In this document: positions 1 to 10,915 of the stretch, one piece after another | Position numbering within the stretch: position 1 is the first letter of the stretch | How the letters are laid out: every line of letters starts with the position of its first letter | Origin: an uncultured Planctomycetaceae bacterium | Lineage (GTDB): Bacteria; Planctomycetota; Planctomycetia; Planctomycetales; Planctomycetaceae | Assembly (NCBI GenBank): GCA_963813715.1 | Contig: CAWFAK010000012.1 | Span: forward strand, 1-64,000 | DNA: 64,000 bases | Direction: 5' to 3' | Position numbers and translations under genes: made by a program | The notes under the pieces: model-generated | Told to the model about the DNA's origin: nothing | The model's input: the letters and a program-made list of their open reading frames with translations, nothing else | Databases searched by the model: none

Positions 1-1186
1 GTGTCCGGGAATTGAGATTGATCTAACCCCAAGGGCCTCCGGGCGTTTATGTTTTTTCTGCCAAGAAGAAACTAAACGCCGCGGGAGGACCCAAGGATGG
101 GAACTCGTGCCAAGGTCGGCACGTCGTTGGAAGCGTTGGTCGAGCTGGCGATGCCGCTTTTGAAGGAAGCCGAGCGCCAATGCCCGAGAACAGGGCCGGG
201 AGCAAAACCGATCATTCCGGACTGGTTCATAGGAGCGTTGATTATGGTGGCTGTGTTGAAGCGAAAGAAGACCAAGTCGGCTCAATTCCGCTTCGTGACG
301 GATGCCGCTCACCAGTGTGGGATTCGAGAGATCACCGGAGAAAGACACTTTCCCTCGCGAAGCACGTTTTTCAGCCGCTATCGGCGCTGTCATCGACTCT
401 TTGCGAAGGCCATCCAATTGCAGGGACAGCAAGCGATCAAGGAAGAGATCGTCAACGCCAGCCAAGTCGCGGCGGACAAGAGCTTGGTGCCCGCGCGGGG
501 TCGGCCCTGGCACAAGCACGACAAGAAGCGGGGAAGATTCCCCGGGGTACCGATATCGAAGCGGCGTGGGGTTACTCGGAACATCACGGCTGGGTCTACG
601 GCTACAGCTTCGAGGTGGTCGTCACTTGCAAGCGGAAAAACAAGATATTTCCGCTGCTGGCATCGGTAGGAACCGGGAGCGCCGCGGAAGTGCGAACGTT
701 CGGGGAAAAGATCAATGAGCTGCCTTGTGAAGTGAAACGTGTTTCGGCGGATCGCGGCTACGATGCAAATGAGCTCGGCGAGCGCATCGAATTTGACAGT
801 CGGGACCGGCGGACCGGACGCCGCTTCTTGTGTCCAGAAAATCCTCGGAACAACAAACGGAAGAAAACCAGGCCCGGAGGTGCCGACGCGGCGCGGGCGC
901 ACAGCCGCGAATTGAGGGCAGCCAGAAAGAAGTACTTTGAGAGCGCCGACCGGCCAACGCCTTTATCGACGGCGCAGCCGCACGGTCGAGCCCTTCAATA
1001 GCTGGTTCAAGTCGCACTTCGAACTCGACGCACATGCCTGGCATCGCGGACTTGCCAATAACCAAACTCAGATCCTCGCGGCTGTCTTCGCGTATCAATT
1101 GCTTGTGCGATACAACCACCGTTGCGGCAACAACAATGGACGAATTCGTTGGCTCACTGATGCACTCTGAATTCCCGGACACCCTC
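1..1186 (+). mobile_element. IS4/IS5-like DDE insertion sequence; left end clipped by the window edge
   Basis: Positions 1-17 (gtgtccgggaattgaga) match the reverse complement of 1166-1182 (gtgtccgggaattcaga) at 16/17. These terminal inverted repeats enclose a transposase. The exact right boundary (1182-1186) is uncertain. Confidence 0.85.
97..1170 (+). CDS. DDE transposase split across three frames (97..669, ~540..950, 937..1170)
   Basis: Motifs VAADKSL, GWVYGY, VSADRGYD and YRRRSRTVEPFNSWFK (YREK-like). Confidence 0.85.
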
Positions 1187-1314
1187 AAGCTCCCCCTTGG
1201 GGCCGCACCTACCCGAAGCTCTGCGTCGGTGGCGAAGCCAGTGAGTTCGGAAGCGAGAAGAATCGAAGCGGGAGCTTCGAGGACGTGCGGTCCCAAGCAG
1301 AGCTTGGGTCCGAG
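1187..1314. repeat. REP-like palindromic element, family B, truncated by the IS
   Basis: Its reverse complement aligns with 6199-6323 (cccaagctctgcttgggac...gtcctcgaagctc...gcttcgattct). Confidence 0.75.
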
Positions 1315-1346
1315 AGAGTCGAATGACGCACGCCCCGCGCGGCTGC

Positions 1347-2175
1347 TCAGAGGCCGTTCTTTTGCGTGTGGCGGGCGATAGCGCGGGACTTGCGCACAAT
1401 CCGCGTCACGGCAGGCGCGGTCGTTGCGCGTCGGTCGGTGGCCGAGGTAGCGGGTGAGAAATCGCAGCCGGTCGCTGGCCGAGACGCCGGCGGCCGAGTA
1501 GTTGAGCTGCGCCAGATCCTTCACGATCCAGCGGCGGGCCAGCCGCGGCTGAAAACGGACCCGGCCCAGATCGAGCACGTGGATCGGAGCGGCCGGGCCG
1601 CGTTGCGGCACCATCAGGTGCGTGAGATAAAAATCCTGGTGATGCAGTCCGGCCGCGTGCATCGTGCGGGCCACGTCGGCCACGCCGGCGACGATGTCGC
1701 GCAGCGCGGCGAGCTGGCCGTTATGGAGCGCAGTGCTCGGTGCGCATGCATCCAGGCCGTGAGCTTCTCGCAGTCTTCGATGCCTTGCGTCACGAGAAAT
1801 GAGCGGCTGCCCGACTCGCCCAGCGCGACGGGGACCATCGTGGCGATGCCGCTCTCGTGGAAGCGCAGAATGGCCTCCCACTCGTTGCGGGCGCCGACGA
1901 TGGGCCGCGCCAAGCGGAACAGCGGCTTCACCAGTTCCCACGCGCCGGGCCGCTGGTGCCGTTTTAAGATAGAGCGTGCGCGACGTGCCGTCGGCGTCGG
2001 CCAAGTCGAGCCGCGTGGTCGTCCGCTCGCGGAGGACGTTTTTGGCGACGCGGCCCCCGGCGAAGTTGGCGATGGCGTCGAACGTCGTCAACGCATGCTG
2101 CGTCAGCAGCGGGGCGAACTCGCGATTGACGGTCAGGCGTCCGCCGTCCCAGCCGTCAAACGCGAAACTTTTCAC
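1347..2175 (-). CDS. Lipopolysaccharide kinase (Kdo/WaaP family), frameshifted
   Basis: MHAAGLHHQDFYLTH, VLDLGRV, RWIVKDLAQL, ARNEWEAI. Last gene of the LPS core operon; stop at 1347-1349 after joining frames. Confidence 0.85.
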
Positions 2176-3305
2176 GCAGCACCTCTTCGAACAGCTCGCA
2201 GGTCTCGCGGGCGTTTTTCTCGACCGTCATCTGTTGGGCCTTCTCCCAGCAGGCGGCCGACATCACGGCCCGCTCGGCCGAGCTGAGCGAAAAATACCCG
2301 TCGATCCGCTCGGCAATCTCCTCGATCGCATGGACGTTCGAGACGAGGTAACCCGTCTTGCCGTCCTCGATCAGGTCGGCGCCGCCGGCCGTCGACGTGG
2401 TGAGCGCGGGCGTGCCGCAGGCCAACGATTCGAGATTCACGTTGGGGAACGGCTCGTAGGTGGTGGGCATCAGCGACAGGTCGGCCGCACCATAGAAGCG
2501 ATGGATGTCGCAGCGATGGCCGACGAAGAGGACCGATTCCTCCACGCCGAGCGCCCGGGCCATGCGGCGGAATCGCCAGATGGGGCCTTTGCCGACGACG
2601 GCCAGCCGCAGTGCGCGTGTCGAACGGGCGATGGCCAGCGCCCGCAACAGCGACCGCAGCCCCTTGCCCTGAAAGTCCATCGAGGCGAAGACGAGCAGCG
2701 GCCGCGTCGGTTCGACGCCCAGCTCGGCCCGCAGGTCGTTCCGGTCGGCCCGCACGGCCGGATGAAAGACGTTGAGATCGACGCCGTTATAGATCGTGCA
2801 GACTTTTTCCTCGGGAATGCCGTAATAGCGGACGACCAGCTCGCGATCGAGCCGCGACTGCGTGACGATCCGCCGCACGTTCGAGGAGTGAAAGATCGTT
2901 CGCTCGAGCGCGATCATCGTGCGGTGCCGCGGGTTGAGCCGCTGCAACGCGCGGTGGGCCGGATTGCGGTAATAGACGTTGAGCCAGTGCGACTGCAGCC
3001 GGTCGGTGATGCGGATGGCGTCCAGCTCGAAGGCCCGCCCCAGTCCGTAGGCCAGGTCGAACCGCCCTTCCTTCACCGCCCGCCCCGTGTTTTCGGCGAA
3101 CGACTGATTCTTGGTCCACGACGTGAGACGGTTAACCGTGATCGGCACGAAGTTGACTTCGCTCGACAGCTCGGGATCGACCGACTCGCCGATAAACGTC
3201 ACATCGTGTCCGTATGATGCGCAGCCGGCGGGCCAGGTTCACGCAATAGCGTTCGGCCCCTCCGACTTTCAGCGAGTAACGGCGTTTCACTAGGGCGATG
3301 CGCAT
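2156..3305 (-). CDS. Glycosyltransferase family 4 (LPS core), frameshift near 3215
   Basis: N-terminus MRIALVKRRYSLKVGGAERY; GT4 motif EPFPNVNLESLACGTP. Confidence 0.9.
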
Positions 3306-3342
3306 CGGAGGTTTCTCGTTTCGGATTAACGGTCGTGTGATG

Positions 3343-4390
3343 TCAGGCGGCGATGGGCCGGCGGTGCCGCAGGAGCTGGGCAATCACGGCGTCGAAGGCC
3401 CATTCGCTCGACAGGTCCTGCATGCAGCGGTGATGCCCGAGCGGGCAGGTCCGCCGCTGGCAAGGGCCGCATTCGACCTGGATTTGCAGATGGACGGCGT
3501 GGGCATCGTTCGTGTCGCTCCATTGTTGATGCGTGGGGCCGAAGATCGTGACCACGGGCACGCCGAACGGCTGGGCGAAGTGCCGCGGGCCGGAGTCGGT
3601 CGTCACCAGCATTTCGGCCGAGCGGATGGCCGCCTTGGTGAGGCCGATGCTCGTGCGAAAGTCCGCCAGGCTGACGACCCGCTCGCGCGAGGCCAGGTGG
3701 ACGATGTTCCGCGCCTCTTCCCGCTCGGCCGGGCCGCACAGTACCAATACCGTTCGCCCCAGATGATCGACGATGCTCCGCGCCAGGTCGGCGAAGTTCT
3801 CCGTCGGCCAGTGCTTGGCCGCCCCGAACGCTCCGCCCGGATTGAGGCAGAAGACGCCCGCGCGTGGGCAAGTCGGCCGGATGCTGTTTCCAGAAGCGGG
3901 CCAGCTCGCGCTCATCTTCGGGGAGCACGGCCGCCTGCGTCGCGCGATTGCTGACGTCGCAGTCGAGGTGGCCGGCCAGTCGCAGATATTCGTCGAGCAC
4001 CGGATTCGGAACGGCCCGCGGCTTGGGCTCGAGCGCGTCGGTGAGCAGGTAACGTCGACCGTCGCGGGCGAAGCCGACGCGCCGCTTGATCCCGGCCAGC
4101 CGGGCCACGACGGCACTCCGCAACGAGTTGGGAAACAGCACGGCCAAGTCGAATTGCTCGCTCTTCAGTCGTCGTACGAATCGCCAGCCGCGGGCGTCGG
4201 CGGCCGTACCGTGCGGCTGATGCTCGAGGATACGATCGAAGTGATCGAGTCCGGCGAGCGCGTCGCCGATGGGTGGTCGCAGCACGCCGACGATTTCCGC
4301 ATCTTGAAATTTCGCCCGCAGCGCCCGCAGGGCCGGCGTCGCCATCACGGCGTCGCCAATCCAATTGGGGAGGAAGAGGGCGATTTTCAT
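3343..4390 (-). CDS. waaF: ADP-heptose:LPS heptosyltransferase II (GT9), frameshift near 3875
   Basis: PNWIGDAVMATP, LNPGGAFGAAKHWP, TTDSGPRH, TIFGPT. Confidence 0.88.
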
Positions 4391-5913
4391 GCGGCCTGCC
4401 TTCCGGACTCACTGGTGGTCGGGTCTTTGGAATTCCGCAGTTGTTCGAGGACGATCGTGCTCGAGATTCCCGGCACGTGCCCGAGCGCCTTCACTTGTCC
4501 GCCGTACGCTTCGACCAGCTCGTGACCGACGATTTCGTGCGGCGCGTAGCCGCCGCCTTTGACGAGCAGATCGGGCTTCAAGCGGGTCAGAATCGCGTGG
4601 GGCGTCGCCTCTCCGAAGATGGTCACGTAGTCGACGGCCTCGAGCGCGGCCAGCATGGCGGCCCGCTGCTGCTCAGCGAAGACGGGCCGATCGGGCCCCT
4701 TGCCAAGCTGGCGGACGCTGGCGTCGCTGTTGACGGCGACGATCAAGCAGTCCCCTTCGCGGGCTGCCTCTTGCAGGTAGCTCACATGACCGACGTGCAG
4801 CAGGTCGAAGCAACCATTCGTCAGCACGATGCGGTTGCCCATTCGCCGCCGAGCGGCCACGTGCCGCTCCAGCACGTCGAGCGAGCAGACTTTGTCGGCC
4901 GTCGTCCGTTCGGCAGTGAAGAGATCGGCGAGCAGATCGTCGCGACGAATCGGCACCACGCCCACCTGCTCGACCTCCAGGCCGCCGGCCACGTTGGCCA
5001 ACCGCGCCAGGTCGAAGGGCGCGATGCCCGCCGCCGCGCCGACGCCGATCATCGCCAGCACCATGTCGCCGGCGCCCGTGATGTCGTACACCTCGCGCTT
5101 TCGCGTGGCCAGATGCTCGGCCGAGCCGTCCGCTCGCGCCACGACGATGCCGTCGCTGTCGAGGGTGATAAACGCGTGATCGAGCCCCAGGTCCGCGCAG
5201 AGCCGGCGGCCGGCGGCGATCGCGTCGTCGATTTTCGCGATCTCGCGCCCCGTCGCCCGCTTGGTTTCCATGCGGTTGGGCGTGACGGCCGTGGCGCCGG
5301 CGAAGTTCCGGCAGTCCCCCGATGACGAAGGATCGACAATCACCGGCAGCCCCGCTTGTCGCGCCGCGGCAATAAGCCGGCGGCAGACCTCGGGCGTGCA
5401 CACGCCTTTGCCATAATCGGAAATGAGCACGGCTTGGTGTGACGACAGTGTCGCCAGCAGCGATTGAATAAGATGCTCGGCCACCGGCTCAGGCAGCGGG
5501 CGGCGGACTTCGCGGTCGACGCGGAGAATCTGATGCGGATGCCGCTGCTGCGCACGGCCGATGAAGCGTTCCTTCATCGTGGTCGGCCGCTCGGGGTCGA
5601 CGATCACCGACGCGCAATCGACGCCTTGCCGCTCGAGTTCGTCTCGCAGCTCGCGGCCGTCGGCATCGTTGCCGACCACGCCGGCCAGGCTCACGTCGGC
5701 CTCCAAGCCACGGAGCATGTTGGCGACGTTCGCCGCTCCGCCCAGGCGCACCTCGCGGCTGCGCTCGCGGAGCAGAATCACCGGGGCTTCCTGGCTGATG
5801 CGCTCGGCGTCGCCCCAGGTGTAGCGATCGAGAATCAGATCGCCCAGCACCAGGATCCGCGGACGGCCCAGGTTCTGGACGAGATCAATCAAATGATAGG
5901 ACACGGCCCACAT
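4387..5913 (-). CDS. hldE: Bifunctional heptose-7-phosphate kinase / heptose-1-phosphate adenylyltransferase (start may be 5904)
   Basis: RISQEAPV, GGAANVA, DITGAGD (PfkB domain); TNGCFDLLHVGH (cytidylyltransferase-like domain). Confidence 0.95.
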   Translation of the reverse strand: MWAVSYHLIDLVQNLGRPRILVLGDLILDRYTWGDAERISQEAPVILLRERSREVRLGGAANVANMLRGLEADVSLAGVVGNDADGRELRDELERQGVDCASVIVDPERPTTMKERFIGRAQQRHPHQILRVDREVRRPLPEPVAEHLIQSLLATLSSHQAVLISDYGKGVCTPEVCRRLIAAARQAGLPVIVDPSSSGDCRNFAGATAVTPNRMETKRATGREIAKIDDAIAAGRRLCADLGLDHAFITLDSDGIVVARADGSAEHLATRKREVYDITGAGDMVLAMIGVGAAAGIAPFDLARLANVAGGLEVEQVGVVPIRRDDLLADLFTAERTTADKVCSLDVLERHVAARRRMGNRIVLTNGCFDLLHVGHVSYLQEAAREGDCLIVAVNSDASVRQLGKGPDRPVFAEQQRAAMLAALEAVDYVTIFGEATPHAILTRLKPDLLVKGGGYAPHEIVGHELVEAYGGQVKALGHVPGISSTIVLEQLRNSKDPTTSESGRQAA

Positions 5914-6160
5914 TCCCTTGTGGTATCACTGCGGGAGGCGTCCGTTGCCCCCCGAAGGCGAGCGGCCGGTGCGGGTACCCGTGGCAAGCCCGGGTGCGAC
6001 CGGTTCCAGGTTTGATCGGTTCCAGGTTTGAGCTTTGCGACAATCGGGCGCGTCGGGCGATTTTCGGCCGAGACTTTGCCGATTAGCGCGAGCGAAATGA
6101 TCCTTTTCCGGCCGATTTCGGTCAATCCCGGATTGGAGTGGGGGCCGGCTTCAGGCACGA

Positions 6161-6367
6161 GTGGCACTGGCGGCTCGTCCGCCAGTGTCTTGATTTTCTT
6201 GGTCCCAAGCTCTGCTTGGGACTACACGTCCTCGAAGCTCTGCTTCGATTCTCATCTCTAAAGCAGCGGCGTCCGAAGCAGAGCTTTGGGCAAGTCCGGT
6301 CCCAAGCGGAGCCTGGGACCGAGACGCGAACACGATACCACTGGCGGACAAGCCGCCAGTGCCACCC
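6161..6367. repeat. Composite REP cluster: family A (6161-6191), family B (6199-6323), inverted family A (6339-6367)
   Basis: gtggcactggcggctcgtccgccagtg and cactggcggacaagccgccagtgccaccc flank a ggtcccaagctctgcttgggac...ggtcccaagcggagcctgggacc element. Confidence 0.8.
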
Positions 6368-6410
6368 AACGCGTGTCGCTCGGTTGGCGGTTCGCCCACC
6401 CGCCGACCGC

Positions 6411-6869
6411 TCAGTGGCGGTTCGCTCGCAGCATCGGTTCGAGTTCTTCGACGAAATCGTTCACGTCTTTGAACTCGCGATAGACCGACGCAAAGCGGAC
6501 GAAGGCGACCTGGTCGATGGTTCGCAGTCGGTCGAACACCTTTTCGCCGACGTAGCGGGACGGAACCTCGCGATCGAAGTTCTGATAGACGTCCGCCTCA
6601 ACGTCGCAAACGATCGCCTCGATTTGACTTTCGCTCACTGGCCGCTTGTAGCAGGCCTTTTCCAGGCCGGCGCGGATTTTCTCGCGGTCGAAGGGAACCC
6701 GAGTGCCGTCTTTCTTGATGACTTTGAGGGGCGATTCCTCAATTTTTTCATAAGTCGTGAATCGCCGCTCGCAGATCAGGCATTCGCGCCGTCGCCGGAT
6801 CACGAAGTCCTGGCTGGCCCGGGAATCGATGACTTTCGTCTCCCCGTTCCGACAGAATGGGCACATCAT
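6411..6869 (-). CDS. nrdR: Transcriptional repressor NrdR
   Basis: MCPFC...KVIDSR...[21 protein letters not shown] cone, [13 protein letters not shown]. Confidence 0.97.
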   Translation of the reverse strand: MMCPFCRNGETKVIDSRASQDFVIRRRRECLICERRFTTYEKIEESPLKVIKKDGTRVPFDREKIRAGLEKACYKRPVSESQIEAIVCDVEADVYQNFDREVPSRYVGEKVFDRLRTIDQVAFVRFASVYREFKDVNDFVEELEPMLRANRH

Positions 6870-7186
6870 GTGTCAGCAACCGTCTTCAAAGTCGGTGATG
6901 CGACCGCATCGGACGCGTGTTCCAATCCGCAGATCCGCGCGATTCGCCGGTATTTTTCCAGTATTAAGGTATCCCAGGGGCATTCCGTTGAACAGGGGGT
7001 CGGCCGTTGGCGGGGTTCCAGGCCGATCGGGGCGGTCCGTTCGCTCAGTTGAAAGCCGCTCGAACAATCGCTTACATTGTTCTGGCTCGCACGACCGGAA
7101 AAGTGCTTTTTCGTGGGCCAAAACGGAGCGCCACTGACGAGCGTTCCCCCGCGGGCGACGGCCGTCCATCGACTGGAGATCCTGAC

Positions 7187-7503
7187 GTGACGATTGACAA
7201 AAGCCTGCGGCGCAAGGGACGCCTGGCCCGAGCGCGCAATGTGCTGAAGCGCGACGAACGCATTGCCCAGCTTCAGACCGAAGAGCGTTGGCCCCCCGGA
7301 CGCAGCGTGTTGGGCCTGCCCAAGGTCCGCATTATCAAAACGGCCGTCGGCAAAAAGAAGAAAAAGAAGACTGCTGAGGAGGCCGATACTACTGCTGCTG
7401 CCGCGGAAGCCACGCCGGCGGCGGCCGGAAAGGGCGCCCTGCAAAGGCGGCAGGCGCCTCCAAGGCCGCAGCACCGGCAAAACCGGCTTCCGGGAAGAAG
7501 TAG
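7187..7503 (+). CDS. PVC small basic protein with Ala/Lys-rich tail; frameshift near 7438
   Basis: GTG start after ggag; [26 protein letters not shown]...SVLGLPKVR. Joined tail [20 protein letters not shown] ends at TAG 7501-7503. Confidence 0.85.
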
Positions 7504-7684
7504 GGACAGGTCGGCAACTCGGCGGCCGCTCGCCGCGATTTTGGTCGACTTCACTGAAGCCGACCCTCGCGAGCTGGCACATCGCCGTGACGAAGGACCG
7601 CGCAGCACGCCGGCCGGCCCACTGTCGCGACGCAACACTTGCGCCGCGCCAGTCCTCGGACGACCCACGGCTGCGAGCACTTCC

Positions 7685-9470
7685 ATGGATTTGGTCCGCC
7701 ACCTCCGCGCCCGCGTCGGCGCTGTGCCGCGCACGTTGGCCCGCCGCGAAGCCCGCCACTTCCTCCGCGCTGCCAAGACGTGTCGCACCGCCCAGACGCG
7801 GACGCTGCTCGGCCTGCTCGCCCTTAACAGCGGCTCTCGCTTCTCTCGCGATCACCGGCTCGACGGCGTCCGCACGGTCAGCCAGTTTCGCCGCCGTCTG
7901 CCCGTCGCCGACTACGAGTATTTCCGCCCCTATATTGAAGAAGTCAAAGCGGGACGCACCGATTCGCTGCTGGGACCGAAGAACCGCCTGCTGATGTTCT
8001 CGTTGACCAGCGGGACCACATCGCAGTCGAAATACATCCCGATCACCGAACGGTTCTTGAGCGATTACCGCAGCGGCTGGCAAGTCTGGGGCATTCAGGC
8101 GATCGAACGCGCATCCCGGCATCAACAGCCGCCACATCCTGCAGCTCAGCAGCGACTACGATCTGTTTCGCACGCCCGGGGGCACGCCCTGCGGCAACAT
8201 CAGCGGGCTGGTGGCCGCCTGCCAGAAGCGGATCGTCCGCACGATGTATACGGTGCCGGGCGTCGTCTCGAAAATCCGCGACTCCGATTCCAAGCTCTAC
8301 ACGGCTATGCGGCTGGCGATCGCCGATCGGCACGTCGGTATGGTGATGACCGCCAACCCGAGCACGCTGATCCAACTGGCCAAGCTGTCGGACGCGAGGA
8401 AAGAAGACCTGATCCGCGATATCGCCGACGGCACGCTCTCGTCGGCGGAGAACGTCCCCGGCGAAGTTCGCGAAGCCCTCGCAGGGCAAATCGGCCGCAA
8501 GGGGCACGACCGGGCGCGAGAGCTCGAAGCCATCGTCGATCGCACTGGCACGCTTTATCCCAAAGATTTCTGGCCCGATGCCCAGCTCCTGGCGATCTGG
8601 ACCGGCGGGAGCGCGGGCGCCTATCTGTCGCACTTGCGGCGGTACTACGGCCAGATTCCCGTTCGTGACCACGGTCTGTCCGCCAGCGAAGGCCGGATGA
8701 CGATTCCGATTGCCGACCACTCGGCCGACGGCATCCTCGACGTCACCAGCCACTTCTTCGAGTTCATCCCCGAGGAAGAATACGGCCGCCAGGACGCGAT
8801 CGTGCTCGAAGCGCACGAGCTGCAGGAGGGACGCAACTACTACATCCTGCTGACCACATCGTCGGGGCTCTACCGCTACAACATCTTCGACGTCGTCCGC
8901 TGCACGGGTTTTTACCACTCGACGCCGATGATCGAGTTCCTGCACAAGGGAGCGCACATCGCCAACGTCACGGGCGAAAAGATCTCCGAGTCGCAAGTCG
9001 TCCACGCGGTCCGCAGCGTCATCGACGAGATGTCGCTCACGCTGTCGCACTTCACCGTCAGCCCAGTCTGGGGCGATCCGCCGCGGTACCAACTACTGAT
9101 CGAGAAGGGCGATGTGGGCGTGCCGGTCGGCGATTCGCTGGCTCACAAAGTCGACGAACGGCTCAAGCTGCTCAACTGTGAATACAAAGAGAAGCGGGCG
9201 ACGGGCCGCCTGGCCCCGATGAAATGGATGCCCCTGCCGGACGGCACCTGGGCCGTCTTCTCGAGCAACCGCCGCAAGAACTCGGGCGGCAGCCTGGAAC
9301 AATACAAGCATCCGTGCCTGGTGCCCGACCTGGAGTTCGGCTCGAAGCTGTTCGTCGAGATGGCGGCCATCGGCGCACCGTCCGTCGCCCCAACGGGCGT
9401 CAAGGATTCACGCGACATCATCCTGCTGCCGGAACCTCCGCGCGACGCCACCCGCCGCGCCGCCGGCTGA
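7685..9470 (+). CDS. GH3 (auxin-responsive promoter) family acyl-adenylating protein; frameshift near 8105
   Basis: [44 protein letters not shown]. Confidence 0.88.
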
Positions 9471-9497
9471 CGCACAAACCGCTCACGCAGAAAATTC

Positions 9498-9553
9498 CGC
9501 GGGGACTCGCCGGTGCCGAACGGGCGCCGGCGACTTCCCCGCGCGTTTTTTTT
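9498..9553 (+). terminator. Rho-independent terminator after the GH3 gene
   Basis: Stem cgcggggactcgccggtgcc / ggcgccggcgacttccccgcg followed by T8. Confidence 0.8.
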
Positions 9554-9681
9554 GCCCTGAGTATTGCGTGATCGGGTGAAGCTATGAGGAGCGGTAAGAG
9601 GTAGGCCGAGCCGGTTGGTGGTTGTGCTTGAACGTGGTAAACGGAGTTTGTTGCAAACCGTTTCCACAAAAGGACACCGCC

Positions 9682-10702
9682 ATGAAATTTGCCGGCTGCG
9701 ACCTACACAAGCAGACTATCACGATTTGCGTCGTCGACCAATTGCGGCGGGTTTTGGAGCGTCGGACCGTGCGTTGTGGCGAAGAGCGGAGCATCCTCGC
9801 ATTTTTCGAGAGGCTCGGGGAGTTCGAGGCTGTCGTGGAAGCGACCGCCAGCTACGAATGGTTCGTGCGATTGATCGAGCCCGTGGCCCATCGCGTGTTG
9901 TTGGCTCACCCCAAGAAGCTGCGTGTGATTGCCGAGAGCACGCGTAAAAGCGATCGGCTCGACGTGCAAATCCTCGCGGAGTTCCTGGCCTTGGACATGA
10001 TTCCGACGTCTTACCGGGCGACTCCGCGGCAGCATGAGCATCGACGACTGGTGCGTCAGCGGGGCGGCGTTCAACGGCGATTGACCTCCGTCAAGAACCG
10101 TCTGCGCCGCATTCTCTGCGACTACAACGCGGATCGTCCCAGTCTGTTCACCGTGGACGGGTTGGCGTATCTCGCCCAAGTGCCTCTCTTGGGAGCGGAT
10201 CGGTTCGCCGTGGATCAAATGGTCGAAGAGTTGCACTTCGGGAGGCGTCAGCTGCTGGCCGTCAACGCCCGGCTGAAGGAGTTCGCCGAGGCGGCGCCGC
10301 TTTGCGAGCAGGAAGGCGCGGACGCTGTTGCGGACGATCCCCGGAGTGGGCTTCGTGACCACCGAAGTTGTGCTGGCCGAGTTGGCAGACATTGATCGCT
10401 TCGGTTCGCAAAAGCGGGTCGTCGCTTACGCAGGGCTCTCACCGGGTCAACGCGAGAGTGCGGGCAAGAGTCGGGAGCTGCACCTGGAGAAGAACGGTTC
10501 GACGCTGCTGCGCTCGACGCTGGTGGAAGCCGCCTGGCGGCTGGTTCAGCACTCGTTACGTTGGCGTCGGATTTATGAACGATTGAAGTTGCGCGTGCGT
10601 GCCAAGAAGGCGATCGTCGCCGTGGCCCGCCGGTTGTTGTGCCTGATGACAGCGATCTTGAAGACGGGCCAACCCTACTCGCTCAGCCAGCAACCGACTT
10701 AA
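9682..10702 (+). CDS. IS110-family recombinase (DEDD RuvC-like domain plus Tnp20 domain); frameshift near 10315
   Basis: GCDLHK, VVEAT, KSDRLD; TIPGVG, AYAGLSPGQRESAGK, AIVAVARRL. Confidence 0.95.
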
Positions 10703-10759
10703 ATCCCTGACCTTGGCAGGAGAGCACAAAACAAAACATCGATCGAAAGCGCTGCGACG

Positions 10760-10915
10760 ACCCACAGACGACCCCGCCCCCGGCCATGAAGGCGTTCCCT
10801 CAAAAGAGCGACCTTCGAAGGGTGAATGGGGCGTCTCTCGAAAGTCGGCTTCCTGGCGACATCGACGGACCTGTTCCAGACCGTTGGTGATCCCGAATAG
10901 ATGGTTGAGCGTACC
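10760..10915 (+). ncRNA. Predicted IS110/IS1111 bridge (seek) RNA with target- and donor-binding loops; ends approximate
   Basis: Two stem / internal loop / stem modules whose loop strands match this element's own target flanks and ends (see findings). Confidence 0.8.

Noticed and set aside
7063..7081. aacaat-N7-attgtt palindrome as an NrdR box
   Set aside because: It does not fit the 16-bp NrdR-box geometry, and 6-bp arms alone are weak evidence.
530..10330. Programmed ribosomal frameshifts in the two transposases (near 540, 950 and 10315)
   Set aside because: No clear slippery heptamer at the shift points, and the same kind of indel affects housekeeping genes.
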